Shown: piece after piece, positions 1-8,716 of the stretch | How the letters are laid out: every line of letters begins with the position of its first letter | How positions within the stretch are numbered: position 1 is the stretch's first letter | From: Thermoplasmata archaeon | GTDB taxonomy: Archaea > Thermoplasmatota > Thermoplasmata > GCA-020350865 | Length of the DNA stretch: 24,077 nucleotides | Direction: 5' to 3' | NCBI GenBank assembly: GCA_020348445.1 | Contig: CP070751.1 | Location: forward strand, 3,976,485-4,000,561 | Translations under genes and position numbers: made by a program | The notes under the pieces: generated by a model | Seen by the model: only the letters and a program-made list of their open reading frames with translations | Told to the model about the DNA's origin: nothing | The model's database searches: none

Positions 1-2008
1 CTTTTTCAGCATTCCAGTTATCCTGCCCTCCTTCTAAAACAGTACTTGGGGGTGTGGTATCCAAATATACGTCTCTCCAATCCGGTTCCTCTTTTTGCAG
101 CAGGTTATCTGTGCTGTTGAACCATATCCTGTAATAGCCGTCACCCCAGGATTCGTCCAGGGAGAACATTTCTTGAGGGTAATATTCACGGAGTGCAACG
201 ACATCAGATTGAGTGCTGAGGTTCTGAATCCTGTAGAATATGCCTGATCCGGGGGTGTCGTTTATACCGACTGCATAGTCCTTACTAATTATACTTACAC
301 CCAGTGGAAGATCATCTGCAGAAAGTGTAAAGTTGACCTCAGGGGTGATGTTCCAGACATCCCCTACCTCCTTATATTTTGGATCGCCTATAGTTATATC
401 CGTCTCTGGCGGGTACATGTCCATGATCACTGTCCATTCTTTTGTGTCCTCTGTCACACCTAAACTGTTAGTGCTATTATATTCTATTAAAAAGGGGCCC
501 TCTCCCCATGATGATTCAAACGTGAAATATGCCTGACCAGTGAAATCCACCCAACCCACTGTGGGATATTCGAGGGATGTCAAATTTCGAATCCGGTAAT
601 ATGGATAAATAGGGGCATTAGCTCCCCCAGCGGTAAAGAAGATTTGTGTTGCGGTGTTGATATATTCCCATGAACCATTATCATCTGGATATCTTGGCCA
701 ACGTGAGTAAATAAAAGTCACTGGTTTATCGGAAATGTGAAAATGTATCGTGAAGTTGTTGTTGTGTTCATTGGCCTCAAAGGTTTCGTTGCGGAAGTCC
801 ACAGATATATTGATGTAGTAGTCTCCTCCTGGGTCATTTGGTGATGTCCATATCCATGTCTGAAGAGCCGAAGTTTCCCCTGCATCCAGTACAGGTATGT
901 TTTTCTCAACTTCGGTGCCAGGTATAATGGATCCGCCAGGAGCTGGGATTTGATATATTGCCATTTTTGTTGGATTTCCAGTGGAGGAATTTCCCACATT
1001 ACTGGTCATTGCTTCAATCCGCATAGGCCATATCGGGGGGACAGTTATCGTTCCCACTGGAAAAATATCGTCCACTTCAATACCAGTTAAAACAAGTTCA
1101 GGTCCAATTACAAAATGTATTGGTCTATCTTCCCCATACTCATCCACCTTAAAAATATTATTTGTTTCATCGTATTCTGCGACAGAATTGTTGCAGTCAA
1201 TTGTTATGTTTATATAAAAATCCCCGGGTGATGATGGTGAAGTCCAATAAACAGTGGGTAAATCAATTGTCCCATCACCTGAAACGTTGATATTATAAAA
1301 TATTGTTATTACCTGGCTGTTTACGAATGTAGCTGAACAAGTCCAAAAGGATACATTGAAATAACCTGATTCAGATGAACCGTAATTTGTAACACTAACG
1401 TTGATGGGTACGCTCGTGTCAGGAGGAACTGGTATGCCGTCATCAAAATCTTCAGGATTCTCATCATAGGCCATGACATTAATGGGCGCAAGGTCTATTG
1501 CGGCCCTGGTTCTAACATCCCATTGCTGCGCGTTTCCTGTTCCGCCGCCGGCGAGGTAATTTATCAAATTATTGATATTTGAGGGATTTTGTGGGTCGTA
1601 GGGTGCGGGAAATGGATCCCCTACTGAGCCCGTGCCGTTGCTTGTTGCATTTGTGTCGAAATCATCCCAGGGTAGACCGTTCACCTGAACCCTGTATACA
1701 TCTCCATCACTCCATTTTATGTCGTAATCTTCATCGGGAAGGACATAGCCGTACCACCACAGGTTATCATTAAGTCCCTTTTGCGCGTTTTCCCAACCTA
1801 TATCCGGGAATCTGTTCCAATCACCACTATGCTGCACCCAGATGCAATATTCAGTTGATTGGGATGGTATATCGCCGTTGCTCTGCCAAACCAAACCTGA
1901 GAGGTTATGCTCATTCTCTGCAGCATGCACCTTTACCGTGAAAAAGGTGATGAATATGCTAGTAATTATGAATGTAACAATTAAAAAACTTGAAATTCTT
2001 TTAATCAT
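1..2008 (-). CDS. Secreted multi-domain surface protein, 3'-truncated by the window edge (signal peptide, orphan N-terminal domain, 2 CARDB-like domains, >=3 Ig-like DxxPP repeats); paralog of 2319..7517
   Basis: Not in the ORF track because no stop codon lies in the window. Manual translation from ATG at 2008 (preceded by AGGGGG-caagagt) gives MIKRISSFLIVTFIITSIFITFFTVKVHAAENEHNLSGLVWQSNGDIPSQSTEYCIWVQ...QQWDVRT...IDLAP...EYDETNN...PEL...EANEHNN...DMYPPET...DTTPPSTVLEGGQDNWNAEK. The frame was checked at several points and stays open to the left edge. Strong similarity to the adjacent 1732-aa protein. Confidence 0.92.
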   Translation of the reverse strand, partial: MIKRISSFLIVTFIITSIFITFFTVKVHAAENEHNLSGLVWQSNGDIPSQSTEYCIWVQHSGDWNRFPDIGWENAQKGLNDNLWWYGYVLPDEDYDIKWSDGDVYRVQVNGLPWDDFDTNATSNGTGSVGDPFPAPYDPQNPSNINNLINYLAGGGTGNAQQWDVRTRAAIDLAPINVMAYDENPEDFDDGIPVPPDTSVPINVSVTNYGSSESGYFNVSFWTCSATFVNSQVITIFYNINVSGDGTIDLPTVYWTSPSSPGDFYINITIDCNNSVAEYDETNNIFKVDEYGEDRPIHFVIGPELVLTGIEVDDIFPVGTITVPPIWPMRIEAMTSNVGNSSTGNPTKMAIYQIPAPGGSIIPGTEVEKNIPVLDAGETSALQTWIWTSPNDPGGDYYINISVDFRNETFEANEHNNNFTIHFHISDKPVTFIYSRWPRYPDDNGSWEYINTATQIFFTAGGANAPIYPYYRIRNLTSLEYPTVGWVDFTGQAYFTFESSWGEGPFLIEYNSTNSLGVTEDTKEWTVIMDMYPPETDITIGDPKYKEVGDVWNITPEVNFTLSADDLPLGVSIISKDYAVGINDTPGSGIFYRIQNLSTQSDVVALREYYPQEMFSLDESWGDGYYRIWFNSTDNLLQKEEPDWRDVYLDTTPPSTVLEGGQDNWNAEK

Positions 2009-2318
2009 ACTCTTGCCCCCTTACTTACCAACGACGTACATGTAAACATATGATATCTTATTCTATGGTTCTCAATTTTGGGTATGGAATTTTACCATAT
2101 AAGCCTTACCCATACAGACTTCATGGTTTTTGATATTTTCGGATATTACAATTGCACTATTTATCACACTTTAACCCCTTTTAACGAATAAGAAGGGGTG
2201 GTTTTAACAGTTTATACATGTAAAAAGCCCATCACAAACACCAGGTTTAGGAAGACCGTCATAGTTTATGAAAACTCTTTGATTTATTAGACATTATTAC
2301 TCGACCAAAGGCACTTAC

Positions 2319-5300
2319 CTAAATACCTGATTGAGAGAGGTTCGCATCCTCATCAGGGATGTAAACTATATATGCTGAACCTACACTGACATCAGCATTA
2401 TTTATATGATCGGGTAGAATCCTCGGGTGACCTACCCAGTAACCGGCCATCCTATCGTAGTAATAAAACATATTAGAATCAGAGGAAAACCAATTAGTGG
2501 TGAACATGGAAACAGTACTTGCAGGTCTTGGATTCAATTCAAAGGAGAACAGGTTGTAACCCTCTTTGAATTCATAGGTCCTGAAACCCACGGCATAGGT
2601 ACTGCCTTGCTCCCCCATATCATCCAGAGCCACTACCAGATAATAGTACTCGTAACCGGTGGCCTCGGTATCGGTCCAGGAGGTGGCATCTTGTGGTAAA
2701 CCCTCTGCTATTGGCTCAATACTATAATCTGTCAAGGAGCCATTTCCCATTCTTACCTCGGCCCTGTAAATATTATAACCTGTTGCATTTGGGGAGGTAT
2801 CCCATTTCAATGCCACATCGCTTCCCTGGATCTCCACTATCAGGCTGTCCCTGAATACTAGCTCACTACCTGCACCGGGTGCGTATCTTATGGCTGTGGC
2901 TGTGGAGCCCACAAAGGTGTACTGTACATTATTCTCAACTATGTACAACATGTATCCATCACCCATCACAAGCTGGAAATTGTCCATAAAGGAGGGAAGG
3001 AACTTTGGACGGCCTTTCCATTTCTGCGAACCTGAATCGTACCTGTATATTGTGTCAGATTCACCGAAAACCTCATGCTCAAGCATTTCAGAGGCCGTGA
3101 TGGTTTCAAAGGGCTCCAAGGGCAGAGAGAATGTGTTGTACCCCTTGTCAAAGGTCATGGTGACCTTGCCCACGATGTTCGAGGGATAGCCAGTATTGTT
3201 GCGGTCATCCACCCCTCTGATCGTATAATAATATTCAGGGGCACCGATAACAGCACCTGTGTCGTTCCATGTGGTTCTCAGGGGGATAGTTTTTCCATCG
3301 ATGGGGTCGACTCCATTGACCAGGAATCCTGAGGTGTCCACCCAGGGAGACGAGAAATCGAAGCCCGTTTTTGTTGTGCTTCTGTATATGAGATAATGAT
3401 GGATATCTTGGCTTTGCTCATCAGGTGATGGGACCCATTCCAAGACTATGTCATCCCCGCTTACCCTCAGTGTTAAAACCGGGGGTAAGGGAGGTGCCAC
3501 ATCGCCCTCTATATAATATTCAGTTGAACCGATAGGCCCATCCAATCCAAGATTATCGACAGAATAGTAATAGATCATATGGGAACCGGTGGTGGTTATA
3601 AGGAAGGTCTCATTGTAAAGGGTCCAACCATTCGAATCGATCTGATACCATATTTCCCTTATCCCTGATCCATCTCCATCATCTGCAGTCAGGTTGAATG
3701 TGGTTGTTAGCTCCACCTCCCAGGCATCATGTTCAACGTTCCAATCCTCAGATGTGTGCTCCCATTCTATTACAGTTGTCGGCCTTGAGTTGTCGAGATT
3801 GACATCCGTTTCGTAGTCCCTTCTATTCCACAGATAATCGATGCTCTCGTATTGTATGGTGTATATTCCGTCGTTTAGGGAGAGTGAGGAGAAATTGAAG
3901 TTCCCCTGATAAAGCATCCATCCTGAGCTGTCCGTTGAATTGTAGATCCTGTAATGTGTGATATTCACCCCACAGCCCTCCCCGTCGTCTGCAGTCAAGT
4001 TGAATTCAGATTCGTTTGTGATGTTCCACAAATCAGTGTCCTGGGCCCTGTAATGGGGACCAATTGGAGGATCTGATATGACCGTGGTTGGCGGGGTATT
4101 GTCCAGGTATAGGGTGTCATTGAACATATTCCAGTTGTCGAAAACATCATAGCTTATCCACTCTATTGTATACACCCCATCGTTGAGGGAAAATACACTG
4201 AGATTGAACGGAATTGAAAGGAAAGTAATCTGGCCTGAGTCAAATATTGCATCATATATACGATAGAGTGTTCTATCTATTGGAACCCCTGCTCCACGAT
4301 AAGGATATATCATCATATCGGTGTCATCTGTTATATTCCATCTATGGGTATCGTTCACCCTGTATTTTGGAGTGAAGAACTGTAAGGGAGCGTTGGGCCC
4401 TGTGTCATCCACATACACATCTATTCTCCCTATGTCCCCGTCATTATTCAGGTTGTCATATGCCATGAATTGGATGTAGTAGAAGTCATCCCCTCGTGGA
4501 AGAACTGAGGCGATATCAAAGGTGGTACCTTTAATCCACCCCGTGGAATCACTATCATCATGTAATGAAACCTTATACTGGATAGAGGAGGCGTTAACTC
4601 CACTTCCAACGTTTTCAAAGGCGTCTAAGGTGAATTGAGTGGTTGATTTTACATAATCAAAGATGGTGGCATTGAGGGATGGAAGACCAACTGTGATGGT
4701 GGTGGTTGGACCTGTGTTGTCGAGGTAAATTTGCGTTATATTCTCATTTTCCTGCCAACCTAAGTTGTCAGTTGAGTTGTAGTGAATCCAATAATCGCCA
4801 TCTTCTCCGGAAATTTTAAAGGGTCCTGAATATTCCTGCCATGGATACAGCCAACTTGTGGCGTTTCTGACTCTATAATAACTATTAGCAACTCCAGATG
4901 CATTGGTCATACCCTCACTATTATTACCCGTTGGGTTATCGTAAGCTGTTAATGATATCTCTGTAGCATTGGTAATATTGAATATATCCGAAGATGAAGG
5001 CCGTCGATATTTAGGCTCATCAATAAAAATCGATGTTGTAGGTGGTGTATCATCCACCACAACCAATGCATCGTATGTATCTCCCGTCGTATTTTGACCA
5101 TCTATGGTGTAAAATTCTATAGTATATGTGTCCTCTCCATAATCTATAGTAAAGTTTTTTCCACCGTCTTCGGTATAATTGGTCCAAGTCTTTGCCTCTG
5201 TGCGGTTGTTCGTCCAGAGAATTCTATACCATTGATAATATGGCTCGTATAGACCCCAGGAGGTGAGGTTCAGCTCAGTGGAGCTGGTGATATACCATTT

Positions 5301-7517
5301 TTTCCCAGCTGTATGAACATATTGAGGATCTCCCACTTTTAGGTAGGTAACAGGTTTTGGTGTAAGATTTATCTTCAGGGTATAGGTGTTGTTCGTTTCA
5401 TCGTTCAATTCTTTTATCCGGCCCTTGTAATTAATGCTTCCATTGTAATCCACTGTTAGATTGATATACCAGATTATCCCAACACCTCCGAATCCGGGAT
5501 TTGGCCATTCGGCAATTACGGTCTGTCCCACCTCTGATGTCTGATCCCCAAAATAACCTAAACCCTTAAGGTTAATTGCATCTGGTGCGGTTTGATAAAA
5601 CGGTGTCGCATTTGCAGGGGCGCCCTCTGCACTTATATTGTAGAATGTGGCATTGGTTCCAATGCTCATGTTGACACCCCCTACATTTTTAACATCGAAT
5701 ACAATATAAATAGTTCCAACCACAGGAATATCTATCTGAGTAGAGTTAAAACCATCTCCATAGGGATTATCTGATTGGAACATGACATCTGAGCCCAATC
5801 TTACCTCAATCCTATCAGGAGTCAGATCAGGGGCATCCAACCGAAAGTGTATGATATACTCGTTGTTGTCCTCGTCTATTTCGGATACTGTTCCATAGAT
5901 ATCTACCTTGATCTTCACATAAAAATCTGTTCCTGAATCAGGCTCAGGCATTTGCCATAGCGCGTACACATCTACTGAGAAACCACCGGATATAAGAGGC
6001 CCCACATCTGAACTTATATTAAATGGGCCAGCTATGGGGGATCCGTCTTCGGAACAATTTTGAAAAGAAATGGCAAATTGAAAAGTACCGGTACCGCTTG
6101 AGCCGTTGTTGGATGCATATGCACCGATAATTATTGTCTCCAATGGTGCTAATACGACCGGGTCCTTGACGGGTTCATAGTTAATTGTAACATTGTATGG
6201 AACCAGATCAGGTACAACTGCGAAGTATATTGTGAACGAGTTGTTGTACTCATTCCCCTCTGGGATCACTCCTTGATAATCCACGGTTATGTTGACCCAG
6301 TAGTATCCCGCAGTGTCGGGTGCCGTCCAATCCCATGTAAACGATGAGGAAGTCTGGCCTTCGAGTAAATTACCAACTGTATAACCATATACAGGATCTC
6401 CTGGGATTTTATCTCCTCCCGGTCCTGTGATTCTGTACAAGCTGATGTCAAAAGGTCCTCCTGTCTGTGAGTTGCCCACGTTAGAAGCGTTTGCCATAAT
6501 TTGGACAACCTGCCCTGGATCGATGTATATTGGATCCACAGGAGGAGGTGGACTACCATCAACCAAAACGTTGGTTGGTATTAAATCCGGTCCAATTTTG
6601 AAAAACAGGATAAACGTGTTGTTAGTTTCATCCGATTCGAATATCTTATAGCCACTATCCACAGTTATATTGAAATAATAATCTCCAGGTGCAGTAGGGC
6701 CAGTGGGAGCATCCCAATAAAACGTTAGAACAATTGTTACATAACCATCACCCGAAGTATTGCCGAATTCATTTAAGGGTCCCAATAAAGTAAAGTGTGC
6801 ATCTGGATTTAGAGGATCATAAGGGTCGCCCCCCGAATCACATTCCCAAATTGACGCATTGAAGGTAATTCCGGTTCCTACAATTCCAAAGTTCGTGACT
6901 GTGAAGTTAATGGTTACTGTATCTCCAGGCCCAACAGGATTGCCTGTGGGATCTGGTGGTGCATCGTTAACCATGACATCTGTAGGGGCCAGGTCTATGG
7001 GGGCCACGGTCCTGACGTCCCACTGCTGCTCATTGCCGTATCCTCCCCCAGCAGCATAATTTATCGTGTTATATGTGTTGGCCGGATTTCCGGGATCATA
7101 GGGCGTGGGGTAGGGATCCCCTACCGATCCTGTGCCATTGCTTGTGATGTTTCCGTCTAGTTCTCCCCATGGGTCACCGTTTACATGTATGGTATAAGCA
7201 GAACCATCCCCCCATCTATCATTAAAATAATTGTTGGGGAGCACAAAAGAATAGTAATATACAGTAATTGGATCATCATCGTCTGTCATTGCCCAACCAA
7301 TCTCTGGAAATCGATACCATTCACCAGTTACTGGGGGATATTGAACCCAGACGCAAAATTCAGTTTTTTGTGTGGGTAGAGAGCCATCGCTTTGCCAAAC
7401 CAAACCAGAGAGGTTATGATCGTTGTTTACCGCCGAAACGCTTCCTGTGAACATTATCGTGTAAATTGTTCCAACCAGTAGCAAAGCCAACCAGATGCTG
7501 ATAGATTTTTTCTCCAT
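2319..7517 (-). CDS. 1732-aa secreted surface protein: signal peptide, orphan N-terminal domain, 4 CARDB-like domains, 6 Ig-like (OmpL47-type DxTPP...SG...D..GN) repeats, then 2x [FN3-like + GYN(T/L)FS module]; no C-terminal TM
   Basis: ORF track; RBS GAGGGGG 7 nt upstream of ATG; hydrophobic N-terminus ending VSA; four PDLxP...E.[DN]E.NN units; six D[DN]T[PG]PTT-type units; FN3-like L.W...Y.IYR...YYY.V.A.D twice; many NxS/T sequons. Confidence 0.93.
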   Translation of the reverse strand: MEKKSISIWLALLLVGTIYTIMFTGSVSAVNNDHNLSGLVWQSDGSLPTQKTEFCVWVQYPPVTGEWYRFPEIGWAMTDDDDPITVYYYSFVLPNNYFNDRWGDGSAYTIHVNGDPWGELDGNITSNGTGSVGDPYPTPYDPGNPANTYNTINYAAGGGYGNEQQWDVRTVAPIDLAPTDVMVNDAPPDPTGNPVGPGDTVTINFTVTNFGIVGTGITFNASIWECDSGGDPYDPLNPDAHFTLLGPLNEFGNTSGDGYVTIVLTFYWDAPTGPTAPGDYYFNITVDSGYKIFESDETNNTFILFFKIGPDLIPTNVLVDGSPPPPVDPIYIDPGQVVQIMANASNVGNSQTGGPFDISLYRITGPGGDKIPGDPVYGYTVGNLLEGQTSSSFTWDWTAPDTAGYYWVNITVDYQGVIPEGNEYNNSFTIYFAVVPDLVPYNVTINYEPVKDPVVLAPLETIIIGAYASNNGSSGTGTFQFAISFQNCSEDGSPIAGPFNISSDVGPLISGGFSVDVYALWQMPEPDSGTDFYVKIKVDIYGTVSEIDEDNNEYIIHFRLDAPDLTPDRIEVRLGSDVMFQSDNPYGDGFNSTQIDIPVVGTIYIVFDVKNVGGVNMSIGTNATFYNISAEGAPANATPFYQTAPDAINLKGLGYFGDQTSEVGQTVIAEWPNPGFGGVGIIWYINLTVDYNGSINYKGRIKELNDETNNTYTLKINLTPKPVTYLKVGDPQYVHTAGKKWYITSSTELNLTSWGLYEPYYQWYRILWTNNRTEAKTWTNYTEDGGKNFTIDYGEDTYTIEFYTIDGQNTTGDTYDALVVVDDTPPTTSIFIDEPKYRRPSSSDIFNITNATEISLTAYDNPTGNNSEGMTNASGVANSYYRVRNATSWLYPWQEYSGPFKISGEDGDYWIHYNSTDNLGWQENENITQIYLDNTGPTTTITVGLPSLNATIFDYVKSTTQFTLDAFENVGSGVNASSIQYKVSLHDDSDSTGWIKGTTFDIASVLPRGDDFYYIQFMAYDNLNNDGDIGRIDVYVDDTGPNAPLQFFTPKYRVNDTHRWNITDDTDMMIYPYRGAGVPIDRTLYRIYDAIFDSGQITFLSIPFNLSVFSLNDGVYTIEWISYDVFDNWNMFNDTLYLDNTPPTTVISDPPIGPHYRAQDTDLWNITNESEFNLTADDGEGCGVNITHYRIYNSTDSSGWMLYQGNFNFSSLSLNDGIYTIQYESIDYLWNRRDYETDVNLDNSRPTTVIEWEHTSEDWNVEHDAWEVELTTTFNLTADDGDGSGIREIWYQIDSNGWTLYNETFLITTTGSHMIYYYSVDNLGLDGPIGSTEYYIEGDVAPPLPPVLTLRVSGDDIVLEWVPSPDEQSQDIHHYLIYRSTTKTGFDFSSPWVDTSGFLVNGVDPIDGKTIPLRTTWNDTGAVIGAPEYYYTIRGVDDRNNTGYPSNIVGKVTMTFDKGYNTFSLPLEPFETITASEMLEHEVFGESDTIYRYDSGSQKWKGRPKFLPSFMDNFQLVMGDGYMLYIVENNVQYTFVGSTATAIRYAPGAGSELVFRDSLIVEIQGSDVALKWDTSPNATGYNIYRAEVRMGNGSLTDYSIEPIAEGLPQDATSWTDTEATGYEYYYLVVALDDMGEQGSTYAVGFRTYEFKEGYNLFSFELNPRPASTVSMFTTNWFSSDSNMFYYYDRMAGYWVGHPRILPDHINNADVSVGSAYIVYIPDEDANLSQSGI

Positions 7518-7567
7518 ATAGTGGCCCCCTCTAAGGTATACTCCTTCATCATATTAGTAAATTCGCG

Positions 7568-7575
7568 TTTTAAAG
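7568..7575 (-). promoter_or_regulatory. Candidate TATA box (CTTTAAAA) for the 1732-aa gene
   Basis: Minus-strand ggaaggaCTTTAAAAcgcg, about 50 nt upstream of the ATG at 7517, leaving room for a short SD-containing leader. Confidence 0.4.
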
Positions 7576-7684
7576 TCCTTCCAGTTTGGTCTTTTGTGTA
7601 TTATAGAAGGTCACATACAGACTATAAGACTTAATACATATATATTTTTTTCTAATACGGGAATGGGTGCCATCATATAATAAC

Positions 7685-7692
7685 TTTATATA
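7685..7692 (+). promoter_or_regulatory. Candidate TATA box (TTTATATA) for the winged-helix gene
   Basis: Consensus archaeal TATA box about 57 nt upstream of ATG 7749; SD-like GAGGA precedes the ATG. Confidence 0.55.
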
Positions 7693-7748
7693 TCAATATG
7701 TAGAGTACGGATGGGAAATATATTGACATGGCGTTGTGAGGATCATAT

Positions 7749-8687
7749 ATGAAAAGACGAGAGAGAAAATGGACAAAGGGGAAACTGCTTACAGAACCTA
7801 AAAAACATCCTATACTCGCTCTCTGGCATAAACCGGAAGTCCAAAAAATAATAGGTAAAAGAGGGGAGAAGGGGCTGCATTTCAATGATCTGCGATACAT
7901 GCTTTGCAAGGATTACAAGCAGATAAAGAAACCGCCTTCGGAATGGAGCATATTCTCTGACAATACCCTGAAGAAAATGAGGGAATACAACGATTACACG
8001 ATACTTCAGAAGGACCTCACAAAGCTCTGCGATATCGGTTTTTTAAGAAAGGAATCCAGGGGATACTATACCCATGTTGAGATACCTGTTATGCGATACA
8101 TCCAGGATATCAATTTTTCAGGAAGAAACCTAATAGGAACCACCAATGATTGCGATATCGTGGCCACAGAAGCAATAGAACTTTCAGAAGATGTGGAGGG
8201 CGAGTGCGGAGCCCTTTTTAAGGATATCATGAGTGCCAGGGCCATTATGTTCGAGCCAAGGATTCTGGATTTCTGGAATAAGGTGGATTCATCCAAGCTT
8301 GACATACAGCAGAAGATCCTCTTAAGAAGCGAACTGTACCATTTCACAGGAAATGATCATCTCAAAAAGACGATCAAGAAAAAGTGCGTGTTAACCACGA
8401 AAAAGGGCAAAGAATCCTATGATATTCCTCCATTTAAAAAAAGGAATGCAGAAAAACTGAGGAGATTCATAGATCTCAGTAAAAAGCACTCAAAGTTCCT
8501 GGGAGATTACACTGTCAAGTACGCAATCGGGATGTACACATATCCAAATCTCTTTACAGAGGACTACATTAAGGAAAAGGGCGGGGAGTTTCTGGATGAC
8601 CTTGAGCCTTACTTTTCAAGACTACAGGATTTAATTATAGAATTTTCGAAGCCATGTTATGTTCTATTGGCGCCAAGAAGGGAGTGA
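7749..8687 (+). CDS. 312-aa Lys-rich orphan protein with a probable N-terminal winged helix-turn-helix and an unrecognised C-terminal domain
   Basis: ORF track; pattern GLHFNDLRYML...LQKDLTKLCDIGFLRKESRGYY resembles wHTH helix 2, recognition helix and wing (ArsR/MarR-like) with an insertion; no signal peptide or TM; divergent from the surface-protein pair. Confidence 0.7.
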   Translation: MKRRERKWTKGKLLTEPKKHPILALWHKPEVQKIIGKRGEKGLHFNDLRYMLCKDYKQIKKPPSEWSIFSDNTLKKMREYNDYTILQKDLTKLCDIGFLRKESRGYYTHVEIPVMRYIQDINFSGRNLIGTTNDCDIVATEAIELSEDVEGECGALFKDIMSARAIMFEPRILDFWNKVDSSKLDIQQKILLRSELYHFTGNDHLKKTIKKKCVLTTKKGKESYDIPPFKKRNAEKLRRFIDLSKKHSKFLGDYTVKYAIGMYTYPNLFTEDYIKEKGGEFLDDLEPYFSRLQDLIIEFSKPCYVLLAPRRE

Positions 8688-8716
8688 GAGCTCAATATTT
8701 CCTTTTCCCCATCCTT

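Noticed and set aside
2260-2321. Pyrrolysine read-through at the TAG stops (2319..2321 and 8717..8719)
   Set aside because: Both proteins end at natural domain boundaries; the sequence after 2319 gives only a short unremarkable extension; no pyl genes are in the window.
7100-7135. GDP[YF]P in both orphan head domains as a GDPH-like Asp-Pro autocleavage site
   Set aside because: The His is missing and there is no VWD or self-processing-module context; a D-P dipeptide alone is not evidence.
7749-8687. Winged-helix gene as part of a mobile element
   Set aside because: No transposase, integrase, terminal repeats, target-site duplication or tRNA is seen nearby.
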